Part shown: piece by piece, positions 40,030 to 53,933 of the stretch
Layout: the number at the start of each line of letters is the position of its first letter
Position numbering within the stretch: position 1 is the stretch's first letter
Assembly: GCA_964016885.1 (NCBI GenBank)
Contig: OZ024741.1
Location: 378,820,001-378,884,000, forward strand
DNA length: 64,000 nt
Reading direction: 5' to 3'
From: Eledone cirrhosa
Taxonomy: Eukaryota
The notes under the pieces: generated by a model
Told to the model about the DNA's origin: nothing
The model's database searches: none
What the model saw: only the letters and a program-made list of their open reading frames with translations
Translations under genes and position numbers: made by a program

Positions 40030-41790
40030 AGTCTACAGGCGCATGCTTAATGTAGGCCCATTCTCACGGGCCATACTTGGCACATACACCCAGCTTTTTA
40101 GCAGAAGTTCTGGGGTGGCAGCACATCTCTCCCCACACTCATCTTCTTTTCCAAAAGAAACATGAACAACACAACCTCTTTCGCTACCTCCACGTGACAG
40201 AGGAAAAAGTCTCAGCCCAGTCAAAGGAAATCTGTAGTTGCATCTTTACTATGGCTTGATAGATAGTCGGATCCGACCCTTACGAGTAAATAGCATCTTG
40301 CGCAGGTCTATTTGACAACTTTTATGTTCCTGATAGTACTGCCAAGCGAGAGCTTTCTGGAAGTTGTCTATAGTCCCCGGCTCGAAAACCCCACAGAGCA
40401 GAAAGGTCGGTTCGACTTCATCTAGGACCAGATCCTCAAAGAGTGCGTCGTCGCACTAGGTCAACACTATTCCTCTATAGAAATCAAGTGTGGACTTTCC
40501 AATCACGACGTTACGAACCTGTTAGAGGGCAGTGGGCGCCTGGCAACGTTCCAGATGCCAGGTGCCCAGTGTTGGTCTCTACTTGACTCAGGACTCCAGC
40601 TCAGTCAAAGAAACGACTTGTGGAAGGACATGTGTCACAAACATCGACCACGACTGTTCGCCATTTAGGTAGTCTATCTAGAGATGCAGCAGCCACAAGA
40701 CACGTCTGCGCATCATGAGCCATAGTATGACAAGCCTTGCATATAGAGTGTCGGAATACCAAGACCACCGCAACAATTTGAAAAGTAGCAATTATAATTT
40801 AGTGAGGCAAGAACGGGGACAAGGCACGATGGTCAGGTGGGAATAGATGACGGACGCGATGTACACATTGTCTACCTCCACCCGACCTTACAGAGCGAGC
40901 TTCTTCGGGGCTCATTGTGTGTTAGATTGCTCACCCTGATCGTTCATCATCCAAATTCTTATCCACCTGGTTTTCTGGTAAGAACCAGACTCTCAGATGC
41001 CATGCTGCAAGCACACCGACATTTCCGGGTTTAGTTTAGCTACCAAGCACCTTTCATATTCCTCCAAGAAAGTGCCGATTAACCTCGATTTCCGAGGTGT
41101 GTGGCACCATTTCAGTTATGTAATTTGTTATTCCACGTCCTGGTTCGAGCGGGATGCCTCGCAACAGTTCCAGTTTCAGCAGTAAAGACCCGAGAGTCAA
41201 AACGTATGGAAAGGAGGAGAGTGAGCACATCTGATGGGCCGCTCAGTAGATATGAAACGGTTCCGAAAGATGGACATTCATTTTGACTACTGAGCAGATG
41301 CTTTTGTGCATTGCATCGATCCAGCCTCAGAAGACAGGACTAAAACCAGCTACCTTAAGGACAGCCCCCACGTATCGATGGTCGACCCTATTGAAATTTT
41401 CGATTGATCTAAATTGAGTAGAGCCCCACTGATGCCAAGTTTACACCCTTCTCATTTTATGATAAATCGCATGATTGCACAATGTTGCGCTTCCCCTTGC
41501 CAATCTTCTACTACAAGCGCAAACCTCTTCTCTAACGAATTGGCCAAAATATTACATTCGGTGTTTAGCAGAGTTATGGGCTTGAGGTTGTCTAATATAT
41601 TATTCTTGTTCTCGTCTTTCCGTATCAGTGTCACTACACTTCGGCTCAAAGAACTGGGGATAGACCCATTATGTTGTTAGTTGTAGAGTAGATCAGAGAA
41701 CAAGTTTGGCATCTCTATGTAAAGCTCGTAGGGCAGACCATCCAAACCGGGTGACTCGTGCCTTGTGCAGCCGACTAGTGTATCCCGAAT
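40030..41790 (-). mobile_element. Older decayed Tx1-family fragment
   Basis: SPGLDGLPYELY, LKPITLLNTE and NGPTLSMRL, matching element 1 (1905-3949). Confidence 0.85.
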
Positions 41791-41964
41791 TAAGGGACAT
41801 ACAGAACAGCAAAGAGGACAAGGAGGCTCCATGGAATACCCCACAATGTGTCTTGTCTGCCTAGATCCCAGTGGATCTCTTTCATGTTGAAGGACCATCT
41901 TACTTTTCCAGTTTATCATAATGCATTTCTCCTGTGTTTACGATCCATGAATGTTATTATTATT

Positions 41965-43360
41965 ATTATAAATATATGAATAATTTTCGAGAATACAAAT
42001 ACTAGAAAATGGTAGGAATGATTATGTTGTCACAAGAAAAGATTTCACGGAACATTGAGGGTATGAGAAACACAGTAGATCAGAGTCAAATTGAAGGGCA
42101 TATTTACAATATGGATGAGGCTACTTTTACTAATGAATATAAACATCGGATAGAACAAACAAAACAAGAACTTATCAATGGGAGAAAAAAAGCGAGTAAA
42201 ACATTAATATGATTGAAAGAGAGTCCTTGCAAAAATTGACAAACAACAACGAGAACAAAACACTCATTAGAATTGTAGATTAGGCTATTAAAGCAATGAT
42301 TGAAGAGAGGGGGTTTCATATGTCAGAATTAAATGAGGTTATTTATGAAGAAGCAACGTTAATAGAAAGGACATGTGGGTCAAGGCAAAAGCGGAAACGG
42401 CACAGCACACATAAACAACCACCCTGGAAGACAAACGTTGAGAGAGAAATTGAAATGTTGACGGTCAAAATATTGATACCCGATAACATATGTGCTGGAA
42501 AATTTGTCAAGTCAGAAAAAGGAAGAAAATTCATTACGAAATATATATTACCTACTGAATTTGATATTACATTAACGAAGAAAACACTGAAACAGAAAGT
42601 ACAAGTTAAAGCTCAAGGAATCAGAAGATATGACAAACAAAATAGGTTTTACAGGCAAACTAAGCTGTTTCCGCTCGTTCCATACATGATTTATGGGGAA
42701 ATTGTGACACAGACAATTCAAGTAAAGTAATGTCATTCAAATCATGGAATTGAAGAGTTTCGAAAAACACTGCGGAGTACAGAAAAAGTCATGCAATGTG
42801 AATTCAGACTAGATAAAGAACAGAAAGGCTTGTGAAGACATAACTATGGAAGAACTGAATTAGTCACTAAAGAAAACAAAATAAAAATCCTGTGGCATTG
42901 ATAAAATACGAAATCTCTGGATAACTTTACAAACATCTACCTACGATAAGTTGGTAAATGTTATAACGGAATAATGCACAATCCTGAAAAAAACCTTCTG
43001 ATAACGTATATCTTTCCAAAATGGACAGAAACAAATATTCCGAAGACCTCATATAATTGTGAAGGACCATACATTGAGAACATGTTTTTTAATTGACATG
43101 AGCGTTCACTCATATCGTAATATCGCTTCATCACAGTTAGCAAAGCTTAGTAAGTATAAAGATCTATAAATTGAAATTGAGAAAATGTGGCATCTAAAGG
43201 CCTATACAATACCAGTGGGAATCGGTGTACTTGGAATGATAAAAAAGGGTACTGAATATATTCTGACCGGATATATGAAAAGCCATATCTGCAAGAGAAA
43301 GAGACAATAGTGCTGACTTGCACTCTCCATGTCCTCCTGAGAAGTGCATTATCAAATTAA
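41965..43360 (+). mobile_element. Dong/R4-like LINE relic (N-terminal region plus restriction-like endonuclease; RT core missing)
   Basis: PPWK..ERE, LKQKVQ...IRRY...RFYRQ..LF; KYKDL.IEIEKMWHLK..TIPV.IG.LG. Confidence 0.72.
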
Positions 43361-46031
43361 AAAACCTGCAAATACATTTACTGTTGATTGTGACCTTTCG
43401 CCATCATTTGAATGGAATTACGATCTGTCTGACTTCCTTGTTGTGACATGACCGATGAGTAAATAACCCGGTGCAATTTCAAGATTTTACGAGTATTTTG
43501 TGCTCTTGAGATGTTAGGCGTGTGATGTCAAACACTCTGTGGTCACTATCAAATCAACCAATACGTTCATTTATCTCCATATTTATGACGAAAAAGGATA
43601 AGGATCGGAATCATTTTACTCCCACCAGATTTGCATATCTGGTATACTGTGATATTTGTTTTGCTGGAGGGTAATTATAGTGTCATGGAATTAAGGAGAA
43701 CTCGGTGGGAAATATTGTCTAGGAACCGTTTGGATGTGCTTCAAAATATAAAACCAGAAAAAATAAACAGGATTCAAAACATCATGTACGTATCAGGAAG
43801 GGCGAACTGGAAGTTGCAGTTGAAACCAAAACGTTCCACTGTCATAAGTACGATGCGATTAACTACTTGAATGTTTACTACTCTCAATATAAGGAAACCG
43901 CAGGGTCCCAACAACGACAACAATAATAGCAACATCGGTCAACGCAGCAGGACCAGCAACATTCAGCATAAACAATATCCAATTTAGGAGAGATTACACT
44001 ATTACTAGTATCACCACATCTGCAACCACTACTACTAGCAACGGCATCATGTATAACTACGGAAGAAGGGAAGATATCAAAACAACCATACAGAGATTTT
44101 CCAATCAGATCTATTTCTCTCCCTCTCTCCTCATCATCTACCAAGCATATATATATACACACTAACACACATACACGCACTCAAAAATGCACTCAGACGC
44201 CGATTCGAATCGTAGGTCATAGACATGGGTAATTTATCATCTTGCGGTGAATAGGACGGGGAACTCAGAAAATAAGTTATAACAGTAAGAAGGGAAGGAA
44301 GAAGCATCAACAAACCACCACAATAACAGACTGAAGGACAACAATAAGTCACCACATTAACAAACATAAATTTAGGCTAGTAATACTTTATATTATTGTG
44401 CTTATGCTTATCCTTGTATGGGAATGACGTTTCGAAACGACCCGATGCAGGTACTCGGAGAGCAATATCATATATCGCAATGTTAATATATTGCTCAGTA
44501 AGTGTTGAACAACCTGAAGAAGTAAAATTACTACTATAATGGTGATGGTTATATTAGGCGTAGGTATAGGGGAAGAAAGTTTTTTAAAAACCTCACTTGT
44601 TAAAATGGTAGTACAACTAATCGAAATGACACCTGTATGCCTAATGTCAGAAACAACATTTAAATTTTAAGAAAATGTGTATACTGTTTACAATGCACGA
44701 ATGTAGTTAGAATCTGAGAACGGGGGAGAGCTAAATTACTTTAACGATTTATCTCTTAAAAATACTGAACATTTAATTACTTTGTTTGTTAGTCCTGTTC
44801 CTCATTTATCTTCTTTACACAATTTCGTTCTCCACAGTGACAAACATGTCATGCTATCTTACTTTTTTGTATTAGAATAGCTGTAGAGAGGATTTTAATC
44901 TACTTGTTTGTTCGCTTTTGCTAGATTATTTTTACTACGAGATATAACACAGGAAACGAAAACAAACACTCACTATAAAGCAACGGTATTGTTTAGTAAC
45001 GCTACGAACCTTTTAATTGCATCAAAATTAAATCTATCGTAGATGATTGGATGGACTGACCCTTTGAATCAAGGTCGGAGACTTACAGACGGGGGTTTAA
45101 TGCAAGCATAGAAACTGCATTTTTATTCATTGAACTTAACAAAAATACATAAATTACAGCACAATCAACTACTATTCATTCATTGAAAAACAACGTACAA
45201 AAGTTTCATTTCCATCGCATCAGCATTTATTTATTTATTTATGTATTCATTTGTGTGTGATAGCAATATTTAAATAAACTTGAAAACAAAACAAGATACG
45301 AAGTATAGATAAACTTTTGGGATAGTCAATACCACGAATACTTTGATAGATGATGTGCATATAATCTTGCCGAAATGCTAGATTACATTTTCAGAAATAG
45401 TTAATTTATTAACATATTTATTTATAACTTGCAGCACTGAAACGTTAGCTGAAAATAACCGCGGTCATGATGCCGTCGGATTATGACCTCATCAGCAAAG
45501 AAATATCTCCATCGCAATTCCAAAAATAGTGAAAGCGATTGCATGAAAATACATGTATAAGGTTGTTCATTGGTTTACACAGCAAAATGGAACTGAGTTT
45601 ATGATAAATAATCCAGTCGCCATTTGCACGCAAACAAATATTAAGTTTCATTTCTGGTGACAGATAAAGTGAAAAGTTGAAACTGGAAATATGTCTCTTC
45701 ATTAACATTTTAGCTTCATTAACTTTACATGTTTCCTTAGTAACAATAGATTTCTCAGCATTATAGAGTAATTAGAAATATCCTGGTGAGGTTATTCCTC
45801 AGTTTCCATTCTTACTCTCATGTAATTCAGTTTATGCTGTATTTTGTTGTTGATCTCTGGTTGGGTTAATCAGGGACTGTGGGTGTCTCAAAATTGGAGG
45901 TGTAGCGTCAGTGTTCTTTATCTCTGTGAATGAGGGTAATTTATAATTCGAGGTGTAGAATAACTGTTGTAACATACGGTGTGTTGCATGCATCTAAACA
46001 TTGCGAAGACTGTTGCTGTACGTGTCCCAGC

Positions 46032-46161
46032 GAAGAAGAAGAAGAAGAAGAAGAAGAAGAAGAAGAAGAAGAAGAAGAAGAAGAAGAAGAAGAAGAAGAA
46101 GAAGAAGAAGAAGAAGAAGAAGAAGAAGAAGAATCATCATCATCGTCATCATCATCATCAT
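46032..46161 (+). repeat. (GAA)n followed by (CAT)n microsatellite
   Basis: Read directly from the sequence. Confidence 0.95.
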
Positions 46162-46680
46162 CCAGTAGTCGACAGTCCGAAAATAATATTCAAAGCACAC
46201 TGTGACAGTGCAGTTTTTTCGCGAATTTGCCTCTTCAAATGTTGTGCAGGCTTCCAATTTATGTGTGTCATCTTAAGCCGAAGTTATAGTCAATCAATAT
46301 GGAACGTTATATACATCCTTGACTGTTTCATCATTGATCACTGTCATGCAGCAGCACGTTTCAATTTGGATCGTGTCACTCTACATACACACGGAAATAT
46401 ATAGATATCTCCCTTCAAATTTCACATCTGTAAATTATATACACTTAGCTCTCAGTCAAACGCATTTAGTTCAATCATATTATGTTTCCTTATGTTCGCA
46501 TGGTATCGCGAGGATAGACATACACACATTCGTCCACAAAGCCACACATACACGTGTAAACACACATAAACTTACAGACACATATGCACACACGCACAAA
46601 CACACGTAGACACGCACACACATGTATATATATAAATACTGCACACGCACAAACACATACATACGTACATACATACATAC

Positions 46681-46753
<73 letters not shown>

Positions 46754-48029
46754 CAAATGCATGTATATACATATATAAATATGTGTGAATATTCTTTTGT
46801 TTATGATATTTCAATTGAGATCGATAACTCTTTGAAGCCCTAATGTTCAGAGCCACAAACAGATCTTTCATGAAGAATACCCCAAAATACAATTTTCAAT
46901 AGAGTAAAACTGAAATGACAAATCCCTTTTGAATTCTTGAAAGTATTTGACATAAAAGATTTTCTATAGTCTTATAATAATGTAAGATTTCTAGTCGAGA
47001 AATGATTCTAATAAAATAAATATCGCCTTTAAATCTCACCATTAGGTGATAGGATACTACATTCATATTTTTGAGTAAAGTGAGGGTTCATTTAGCTTTT
47101 GATATTTAACAGCAGCTATTGATTTTCGATTCTAGAATTTAAATGCTGTTACTTATGGTAAATCCTGATTTGGTTAGCGCTTCTATGCTACATAGTGTAT
47201 TTATAATAAATGTGAGCGATACAGGAAAAATGAAATAACTGATATGGTTACAAAATACACTTCTATTGCAGCCTTTATGAAGATTAGTGCAAAATAGCAA
47301 TACACCTTAGCAACCACATGAGCATTCTATTCTCATTAAACCTAACATAACCTAATACTTATAACAAAGGCAAAATTTCATTTTTTATTAGCTTTATTTA
47401 TCCATTCTCTCATTGGTTAAATTTGGTGAAAAGAATAGGTAAATGAAAACCTTCCAAAAGCATATGGTACCATCTACATTGATTTATGACACCAGAATTA
47501 CACAGCTTCAAGAGTTATTCTAACTATATATTAGTATACAAAGGCTTTAAATATATAATTGAATTATTGTATGTAGAATTAATTGTTAGTGTTTGGAATA
47601 TTCAAATGATTAAACATCAATATTGTAATAAGAATAAAGCATTCCACGACGTATGTATTTTTCGGATCGTAAAATGGGATCAGTTGTGCAGGAGGGAATA
47701 TCTGTATAATAATAAGGCATTTCTTCCATAATTCAGTTTATTATGTAAATCGCATTTATACGTACTTCACTGGTGTACGATATCGTTACGCGATGCCACT
47801 ATAACATAATCATGACAGGTCTTCAGACAATATTGTTTTCTGTAAATCAGATGCTGTTAGGCAGATGGACCTATTTATTTGTTGCTATTTGACGGTTCTT
47901 TTTCCATATCCTACAGCCGTCCTTAAAGTGTGGGATTATCTGACTGCTAACTCTTGATCGTAGATCGGTGTTATATTTCTGGGCAGCCTCATATTAATTA
48001 TTCCAATTAGAGCTCGGGATGGAATTGAG

Positions 48030-48260
48030 AACATTACAACGCTGGCCAATAAATTCTGGCACCTTAAAAACACAAACCAGGAATATAGGATTAGCTGGTC
48101 AAAATTATCGGGAGCAAGGGCCTACAACAATGAACCGTCCCACTGCGGACTTTGCAATATGGAGCTATTCCATATTTTAAAGTACGATAAGATGCTGCCT
48201 AACAGCAAAATAGAAAGATCAATGTTCTGTAGGGACAAAGCAGCTACCAAGTTCACAAAT
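48030..48260 (+). pseudogene. Hydra-type PLE GIY-YIG C-terminal fragment
   Basis: TTLANKFWHLK..YRISWSKL..ARAYNN...CGLCNMELFHIL. Confidence 0.7.
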
Positions 48261-48714
48261 TTTAAAACAGCAGGATTCGACCCAGTAATCCCAAAATTCG
48301 ACCTGAACCACCCGGATTTTAACGTACGGAATACATACCACTACACTGTTATTAGCTGTCAATTAACCGACTGATCAATAGATCATACATCTCTTAACCT
48401 TTCTTTCAATCTCTCTCCCTGAAACCACACCAACCCCATTAAGATAAGGCAATCAGCAGGCTAAATATTTACTACACACACATATCGAAACCTCCCTTCC
48501 CCATCCTTCCTTAGCCCTTATGTCTCACCCTCGAATCTCTCACTTAATTTGTAATTTATTGTTGTTGTTTTTTTAACTGTCATTTCTAACTATCTCTTAT
48601 TCTCTACACGTATGCATGTATCTAATATTGCTTTTCATATTAGTACTATCCACACCCACATCCTTATACAGACACTTACTCACCACCACCACTATTATCA
48701 ACTATCGATTTTTC

Positions 48715-48849
<135 letters not shown>

Positions 48850-48991
48850 AGTATATGTTGGTTGTATACCAACACCTCAGTATGCGGGCTGGAGCACTCG
48901 ACAAAGTGCGCAGGTTGGTTTGGTTACTCCGGAGTAATGTAAAATAAAGTTAAATAAAAGGTCAAATGTTTAAAATTTAGCTTCGTGTATT

Positions 48992-49046
48992 ACTGCTATA
49001 TATATTTCAGTGACAGCCATCTTTGGCTGTGACCTCTTCAGGCAGT
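48992..49046 (-). ncRNA. Type I minimal HHR
   Basis: actgc-CTGAAGA-ggtcacagcca/tggctgtcact-GAAA-TATATA-TA-gcagt. Confidence 0.82.
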
Positions 49047-50289
49047 CCGAATTAGTGTGGTTTAGACAAGTACATAAGTTGTTGAGGTGTATATTATTGT
49101 CAATACTCTGATATGCCCAGTTCCTGGTTGAGTTGTTATTTCACTGAGGAACTGGAATCATATGAATTCAAACAAACGAATTTCAGTGTCAAAGGGCCTC
49201 TTCTCCTCTCATTGGTCAGTTGTTAGAACATTCCTCATTCTAAGTGTGGTTATTGTTGGAGTTAGCTTAAACAATTGATAAAGTGGTAGAAGGGACAAGG
49301 TGTTAAAGGAAGAAAATAACAAAAAACGTGTCAAACTTCCCATTTGTCAGTTCTGAAAGCATTCCTCAGTCAGAAGTCTATAGAATTCTTTCTGGGGTGA
49401 CGCTCCGTGTTGTGTTTGTGTTTGCTATTGTTAAGTACATTTGACCTCTACCATTATTTTGGTAGTGTTGTTGGTGTTGTGGTCATCTTATGTCTTGCTT
49501 CTGTTGACAATTTAGAAGTATCTGTGTGTGTTTTTTCTTCATCCCTCCTGCCACCTTCTCTCATAGTGGTGGTGGGGGGGGGGATTCTTCCATGTATATG
49601 AAGAAATATAAGGCGATATATGAAGAAAACAGAAAATAAATAATAGAATTTGTATAATTTGAAAAAAAATAATAAATAGAGAATAAAGCATAAAGAATAA
49701 ATGAAAATTTGGTAAAAAAGTAATGAAAATGAATATGGAGAAGTGAAAAATAAAATCAAGATTTAAATAAAGTAGGATAAAGTGTGTGTGTGCTATAACC
49801 AATCTCAAGGTCAGAAATATGTTGGATAAATTGGTATGAGGACAAGATGTTAAAATAAGATGTTAAAATAAGATAATCAAACAAAATGTGTTTGTGTAAT
49901 AATCAATGTCAACTTAAAAATAAATATAAGGTGATACAGTGAAGAGGGCAGAAAACAAATAACAAATGAATAAAGAGAAATCAAGATTTAAAATTGGAAC
50001 TTGAAAGTCAGAAATCAAGTAAATTAAAATGTGTTTGTGTTATATAGATGTTGGCCAAATCATAATGGCTGTGTTGGATTCAATCTCTAGGCTATCATGC
50101 TATCTGGTTAGCCTGGGTTGTTCCCTATGTCTTGAGGGGAGTTCACAACCTAGGGTGGTGTTACTGCCCATATAGCTTGATGGAGGTCTGGCTGAGAGGT
50201 GGTTACCTGTTCCGTAGAAGTCCCTATAGCTTAAGGGGAGTTCACATCTTCTTGTGTTGCTACTGTCCATATATCTTGAGGGAGGTCCC

Positions 50290-52445
50290 GGCTCTAAGGT
50301 GTCTGCATGTCCCGAAGAAGTCGGTTCTGAGGTTCATCAGGCCGCTTCCACCTCTTAGAATCTCGAGGGTCTCGTTCAGGCATAGTTTGCATATGCAAGA
50401 TCCCCCTTTATCGGGTGGTACGTTCCTGATTATGTACCAGGCCAGAGAGTACGGGGTCCTGTCAAGCTTAAGCTTCCAGATCAGGTCGGAGAGAGCCGTG
50501 CTTTTCCTTTTGGCCTCCCTATTGAATGAATGGCGATGGCTGTACCAGCGGTCTTTAAAGCTCGTTGATGTGGCTCCTATGTAGAGGTGTTTGGAGTTGG
50601 GGGTTTTAACCCTACAATCGTATACTAGGTTCCTCTGGAGGAAATCATTACCAAGGGGGCATGATTCGTGGTTTCTGCAGTTGCAGAGGGTTGTCGACCT
50701 CTGCGCGCCTAGATTAGGGTTCCCGTTATGTGTTACATGTTGGTCTTCCCCCAGGCACGGTGGAGGTTATCCCCGGGTTTGTTTGGGTTTCTTGGGTGGG
50801 CTCTGGGTCCCCCCTTCCCTCCTTTCACATGGTTCTGCTGAGTGCTTGTATTGCCATCTTCTGGTTGTGTGTGGTTTTTAAGACTACTCCTGTTCATGCT
50901 AGCTATGTGCTGGGCTAGATTTCTCGTGGTGGAATACGAGAGCTTCACAGTGTGTCTGTTGAAGATCCTGTGGTATCTGTGGTCCCTCGGGAAGCATTTA
51001 TCAAGTGCTCCAAAGAATGATCGGGCCAAGCTGTTCTTTAGGGCCGTTGAGTAGGGTGGGTTGTACCACGTGATTTTTCGGTGTCTACTCATATATGTGC
51101 GGATCGGGGGCGTCGTGATTTGTTGCAGATTTGTTGGGTTGCTGGTGGTTTCCGCACTGATGCTTCCCTTTGGGCGCTATGCTTTTTGTTATCTTCACAG
51201 CCGGAATCTGTGGGTTGGTCGTTGCCCGCGCTGGGTGATCTGTCGTGGGGTGGTCCCCCGTTTCCCACCCCCCTACGTGTCCTGCGGTTGGGGTCGTCGG
51301 TCCTGGGGTGGTTAGCGTCACCCCTGAGACTGTTACTCATATTGTGTTTCGTCTCGTGGTTAAGCGTACTACTCACCACCGCCCGTCTGGTGGTGTCGGG
51401 CACATGGTGCCTATTTGTTTCTGCTCTTGCTGTATTGTTAGGGTTCACCCCCCCCCCCGTCCACGGCAACGCGGGTGTGGGTGTCTGTTGGGCTATCCCC
51501 ATCCCGGCGTTTCTGACTATAAGTTATATTTTGACCATGTGCCGCCTTCTTTAGAGCTGCGTTGTAATATTCGGGCGTGGTTATTGAATATTTCATTACT
51601 TGCGGACAGGCTGGAGATCCTGTCCGAGTCACTCTTTACCACTGCCTTCGTTATGGATCTAGGGTGGTGTGATTTGGCGTTATCATATACGAGTTTCTCA
51701 TTGGGCTTGTGGTAGAGGGAGTATTGTTCGGTGTTCAGGTTTAGGGTGGTGTCTAGGAAGTTAACTACCTTCCTATATGGGTCTATTTCTATACTGAGCG
51801 CCTGGTTCTTAATGAAATGGCGAATACATCTTCTCATTCCCTGCAACATATTGGTGCTGTGATCATATACTGTGAATAGAGCATCCTCACGGTATAATCC
51901 GCCGGCCAGGCAGGGGATTTCATCTTTTATCTGCTCCAGCAGGTAGAGCCCAACCAGGTCTGTTATCTGTGCTGAGTCACTGGAGCCCATCGTGATGTCA
52001 CAGCTATTTGGCCAATCACTCCTGGTCGAAAGGTCTCAATCAAACGGATTAAGGTCTTTCTTGCGGCGTGGATGATGCTCACCTCCTCCCAGGTTAGTTC
52101 CGTATTGGACATCGATAAAAATATGGCCTTATTAAGTACTATGGGTGAGATTGAGGAGTAGTAGCTTGCGATGTCCAGTTGAATAAAGCTGGTCCTACTT
52201 TTCTCATGCAGTATTTTAAACCATTCTATTACTTCTCCTGTGCATGATCATTGCTGTAATTTAGTTTTCTTCCGTAGCTTGGGCAAAATCCTATCCAGTG
52301 TTCTTTTACTGACGATCCCTAGGTCTGATCTGGAGGAGGCTATTAGTCTGAGAGGGAGGTCGGACTCAAAGTTTGGCTTGTGATATTTAAGGGTAATCCG
52401 CGGCTCCATTGGTTGGTATGGGACCATCCTGTCCTCTATGCCTGT
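50290..52445 (-). pseudogene. Inverted 5'-truncated copy of the PLE C RT plus endonuclease
   Basis: Same motifs; YRDD reads YRED. Confidence 0.88.
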
Positions 52446-53674
52446 CCTTCTTCGGGACATGCAGACACCTTAGAGCCGGAACCTTCCTCAAGATATAGGG
52501 ACTTCTACAGAACATGTAAACACCTCTCAGCCAGACCTCCATCAAGCTATATGGGCAGTAGCAACACCCTAGGTTGTGAACTCCCCTCAATCCATAGGGA
52601 ACAACCCAGGCTGAGCAGACACCATGATAGCCTAGAGATTGAATCGGACACAGCCATTATAATTTGGCCAACATCTATATAACACAAACACATTTTAATT
52701 TACTTGATTTCTGACTTACAAGTCCCAAATTTAAATCTTGATTTCTCTTTATTAATTTGTTATTTGTTTTCTGCCCTCTTCACTGTATCACCTTATATTT
52801 ATTTTTAAGTTGAGATTGATTATTACACGAACACATTTTGTTTGATTATCTAATTTTAACATCTTATTTTAACATATTGTCCTCATACCAATCTATCCAA
52901 CATATTTCTGACCGTGAGATTGGTTATAGCACACACACACTTTATCCTACTTGATTTGAATCTTCATTTTATTTTTCACTTCTCCATATTCATTTTCATT
53001 ACTTTTTCACCAATTTTTCATTTATTCTTTATTCTTTATTCTCTATTTATTATTTATTTTCAAATCATACAAATTATATTATTTATTTTCTGTTTTTTTC
53101 ATATATTGCCTTATATTTCTTCATATACATGGACTAAACCCCCCACCCACTACCACCAATATGAGAGATGGTGGCAGGAGGGATGAAGAAAAGACACAGA
53201 GATACTTATAAATTGTCAACAGAAGCAAGACATAAGATGACCACAACACCAACAACACTACCAAAATAATGGTAGAGGTCAAATGTACTTAACAATAGCA
53301 AACACAAACACTACAAGGAGCCTCATCCCAGAAAGAATTCTATAGACTCCTGACTGAGGAATGCTTTCAGAACTGACCAATGGGAAGTTTGACAGTTTTT
53401 TTGTTATTTTGTTCCTTTAACACCTTGTCCCTTCTACCACTTTATCAATTGTTTAAGCTAACTCCAACAATAACAACACTTAGAATGAGGAATGTTCTAA
53501 CAACTGACCAATGAGAGGAGCAGAGGCCCTTTGACACTGAAATTCGTTTGTTTGAATTCATATGATTCCAGTTCCTCAGTGAAATAACAACCCAACGGAA
53601 CTGGGCATATCAGAGTATTGATAATATTATACACCTCAACAACATATGTACTTGTCTATACCACACTAATTCGG

Positions 53675-53729
53675 ACTGCCTGAAGAGGTCACAGCCAAAG
53701 ATGGCTGTCACTGAAATATATATAGCAGT
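53675..53729 (+). ncRNA. Type I minimal HHR
   Basis: Same motif in the 5' pLTR. Confidence 0.82.
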
Positions 53730-53933
53730 AATAAACGAAGCTAAATTTTAAACATTTGACTTTTTATTTAACTTTATTTTACATTACTCCGGAGTAACCA
53801 AACCAACCTGCGCACTTCTTCGAGTGCTCCAGCCTGCATACTGAGGTGTTGGTATACAACCAACATATACTCAAAAATCTATCTAGCTCCCACAAGGGTT
53901 GAGCACTTCAAACAGTAGCGGACATACGTCACT

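Noticed and set aside
45455-45500. Minus-strand CTGATGA followed by a perfect ggtcat/atgacc stem
   Set aside because: No GAAA, stem III or stem I; incomplete as a hammerhead
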